64,000 nucleotides of DNA, taken from assembly GCF_006345805.1 (NCBI RefSeq), contig NC_042998.1, positions 152,520,001 to 152,584,000 of the forward strand. The letters are read 5' to 3'. Made by a program: the position numbers and the translations under genes. Under the pieces are notes generated by a model that saw nothing but the letters and a program-made list of their open reading frames with translations, ran no database searches and had not been told where the DNA came from. Of this stretch, positions 62,551-64,000 are shown one piece after another (position 1 is the stretch's first letter; every line of letters starts with the position of its first letter). The DNA is from Octopus sinensis (lineage: Eukaryota).

Positions 62551-64000
62551 GTAAGTTAACAACATTCATAGATAGATGTATATACACACACACACACACA
62601 GTTATGCCTTGGCTAGTGCTCTAGTTACATCCCTAAAAGCTGCAGCACTACCCAAAGCCACATTATATTGGGCCAATATAGAGAACCATTCTAACATAAT
62701 ATAAACAGAGTTGTGGGCTAAAAAAATAAAGATGAGGTCAAAAGAACAGAGTGGATTAGGTTGACACTCAGGAAAATTGTAAGAAGTCTTTAATGTTTTG
62801 AGCTTACAGAAAGCGTAGATGAGGAAAGAAAAAAATAGAGAAACAGTGAGATGACTGGAAAAAGAATTTGGCTTGAGGTGTGGGTGGCAAAGGAGACAGC
62901 AGTGTGTGTGTATATGATGAAATATATATGTGTATAGTCTGTGTGTTTAAGCATGTGTATGTGTGTGTATGAAACTATAGTGTATATGTATACCATGTGC
63001 ATTTAGCATGTATATGTGTGATCTTATTTTTTGTTTATGTGTGTATGCATGTGATGCTATTGTGTGTGTTTATACATGTGTGCAAGTCACTGTTTTCAGT
63101 TGGTGTTTGTATGAAGCAGAGAAATGCCACCTAGGTAGGCAATGTAGGTAGTGCCTACCTTGAATAAAATAGGTTGATAGCAGTATTTTCCTTTTATGGC
63201 AAAATATGCATTTAATTCAATAAAATGCAAAATATTTAATTTTTTTGTAGAGTAGGTAGACAATTCGCCTCTGCTTTTCAATCTCAGTATTTAAGCTATG
63301 CATAGTATTGCTGTAGTGCATGTGCTGCATACACTCCTAGAACACCATTTTCTTTACATGCTATAAAGGCAGAAATAAATCTGCCTTCAACTCCGTCGCA
63401 CACCTGTGTTTCACTTGCACTGCCTACCTGAGTAATTACTGACTGCACATGCCTGGTATAAAGTTAATGTGTGTATGTATATTCCATGTATTTGTGCTTG
63501 CATGTGTGTGCGTTATAGGAGGGTGTTGTGAGCTTCATAGGTTATCCTTAATGTTGATATAGATACAATTGAATGAGCAGGTGGACAAGTAGCATTTTGT
63601 AAAAAATCAAATTACTATGAAACAAGCAACTATAGAATCCCTATGAACATGTGTAATTGAAGAGATGAAAGACAGATAGAGGAGCTCGTAGGCAGGTGAC
63701 TTAAATATGAAGTTATTGCAACAAACATAGTCAAAAGTTTTATTGGTTTTTAAGAGCAACATTAATTTAGCCCATGTTTTCAAGGAGCATTAGTGCCAAA
63801 AAAGTAAGTCTTTGGTAAACATGGCTCTGTGGATATAATATTGGTAGACAAAAAGAGACCATTAATAACAGGTTCCACACTTTTGAAATATAGAACCTGA
63901 CAGGTTCAGAGATATTTCCTTTTATTGGAACCATAAAACTAGAGCTGATTTCCAATGATTGGTAAACATTCCTGGAGAGAGAGAGAGTTTATTGACTATA

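Overview
This is AT-rich eukaryotic DNA made almost entirely of transposable-element debris and (TA)n/(CA)n microsatellite. The SINE repertoire, the CR1/RTE/Penelope-like mix and the microsatellite load point to an octopod cephalopod; that is my inference, with no search run. Only two segments look like host gene. One is a CpG-retaining promoter-like block at ~3.9-4.3 kb (palindromic CRE, NF-Y CCAAT box, YY1-type motif, candidate donor). The other is one clean ATG-containing coding exon at 62392-62550. If the two belong together, nearly the whole window is a ~58-kb first intron. Elements seen: seven CR1-group LINE copies, two RTE families, four Penelope-like fragments, mariner/Tc1/hAT fossils, Helitron ends, piggyBac-type and palindromic MITEs, and tRNA-SINEs. 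Features most worth a second look: (1) a multimerised double-hairpin module with short variable loops in the RTE 3' UTR, plus a 26-bp satellite that grew out of it; (2) a mismatch-free 205-bp inverted repeat at 6600-7206; (3) a 13-kb alternation of young CR1 LINEs and kb-scale TA arrays, including a ~200-bp flanking duplication; (4) a degenerate hammerhead-like fold at ~4968-5014. I cannot claim a new biological system from sequence alone. The RTE hairpin array is the best candidate, and it has a mundane alternative explanation. Most ORFs in the supplied track are artefacts of microsatellites or antisense TE frames.
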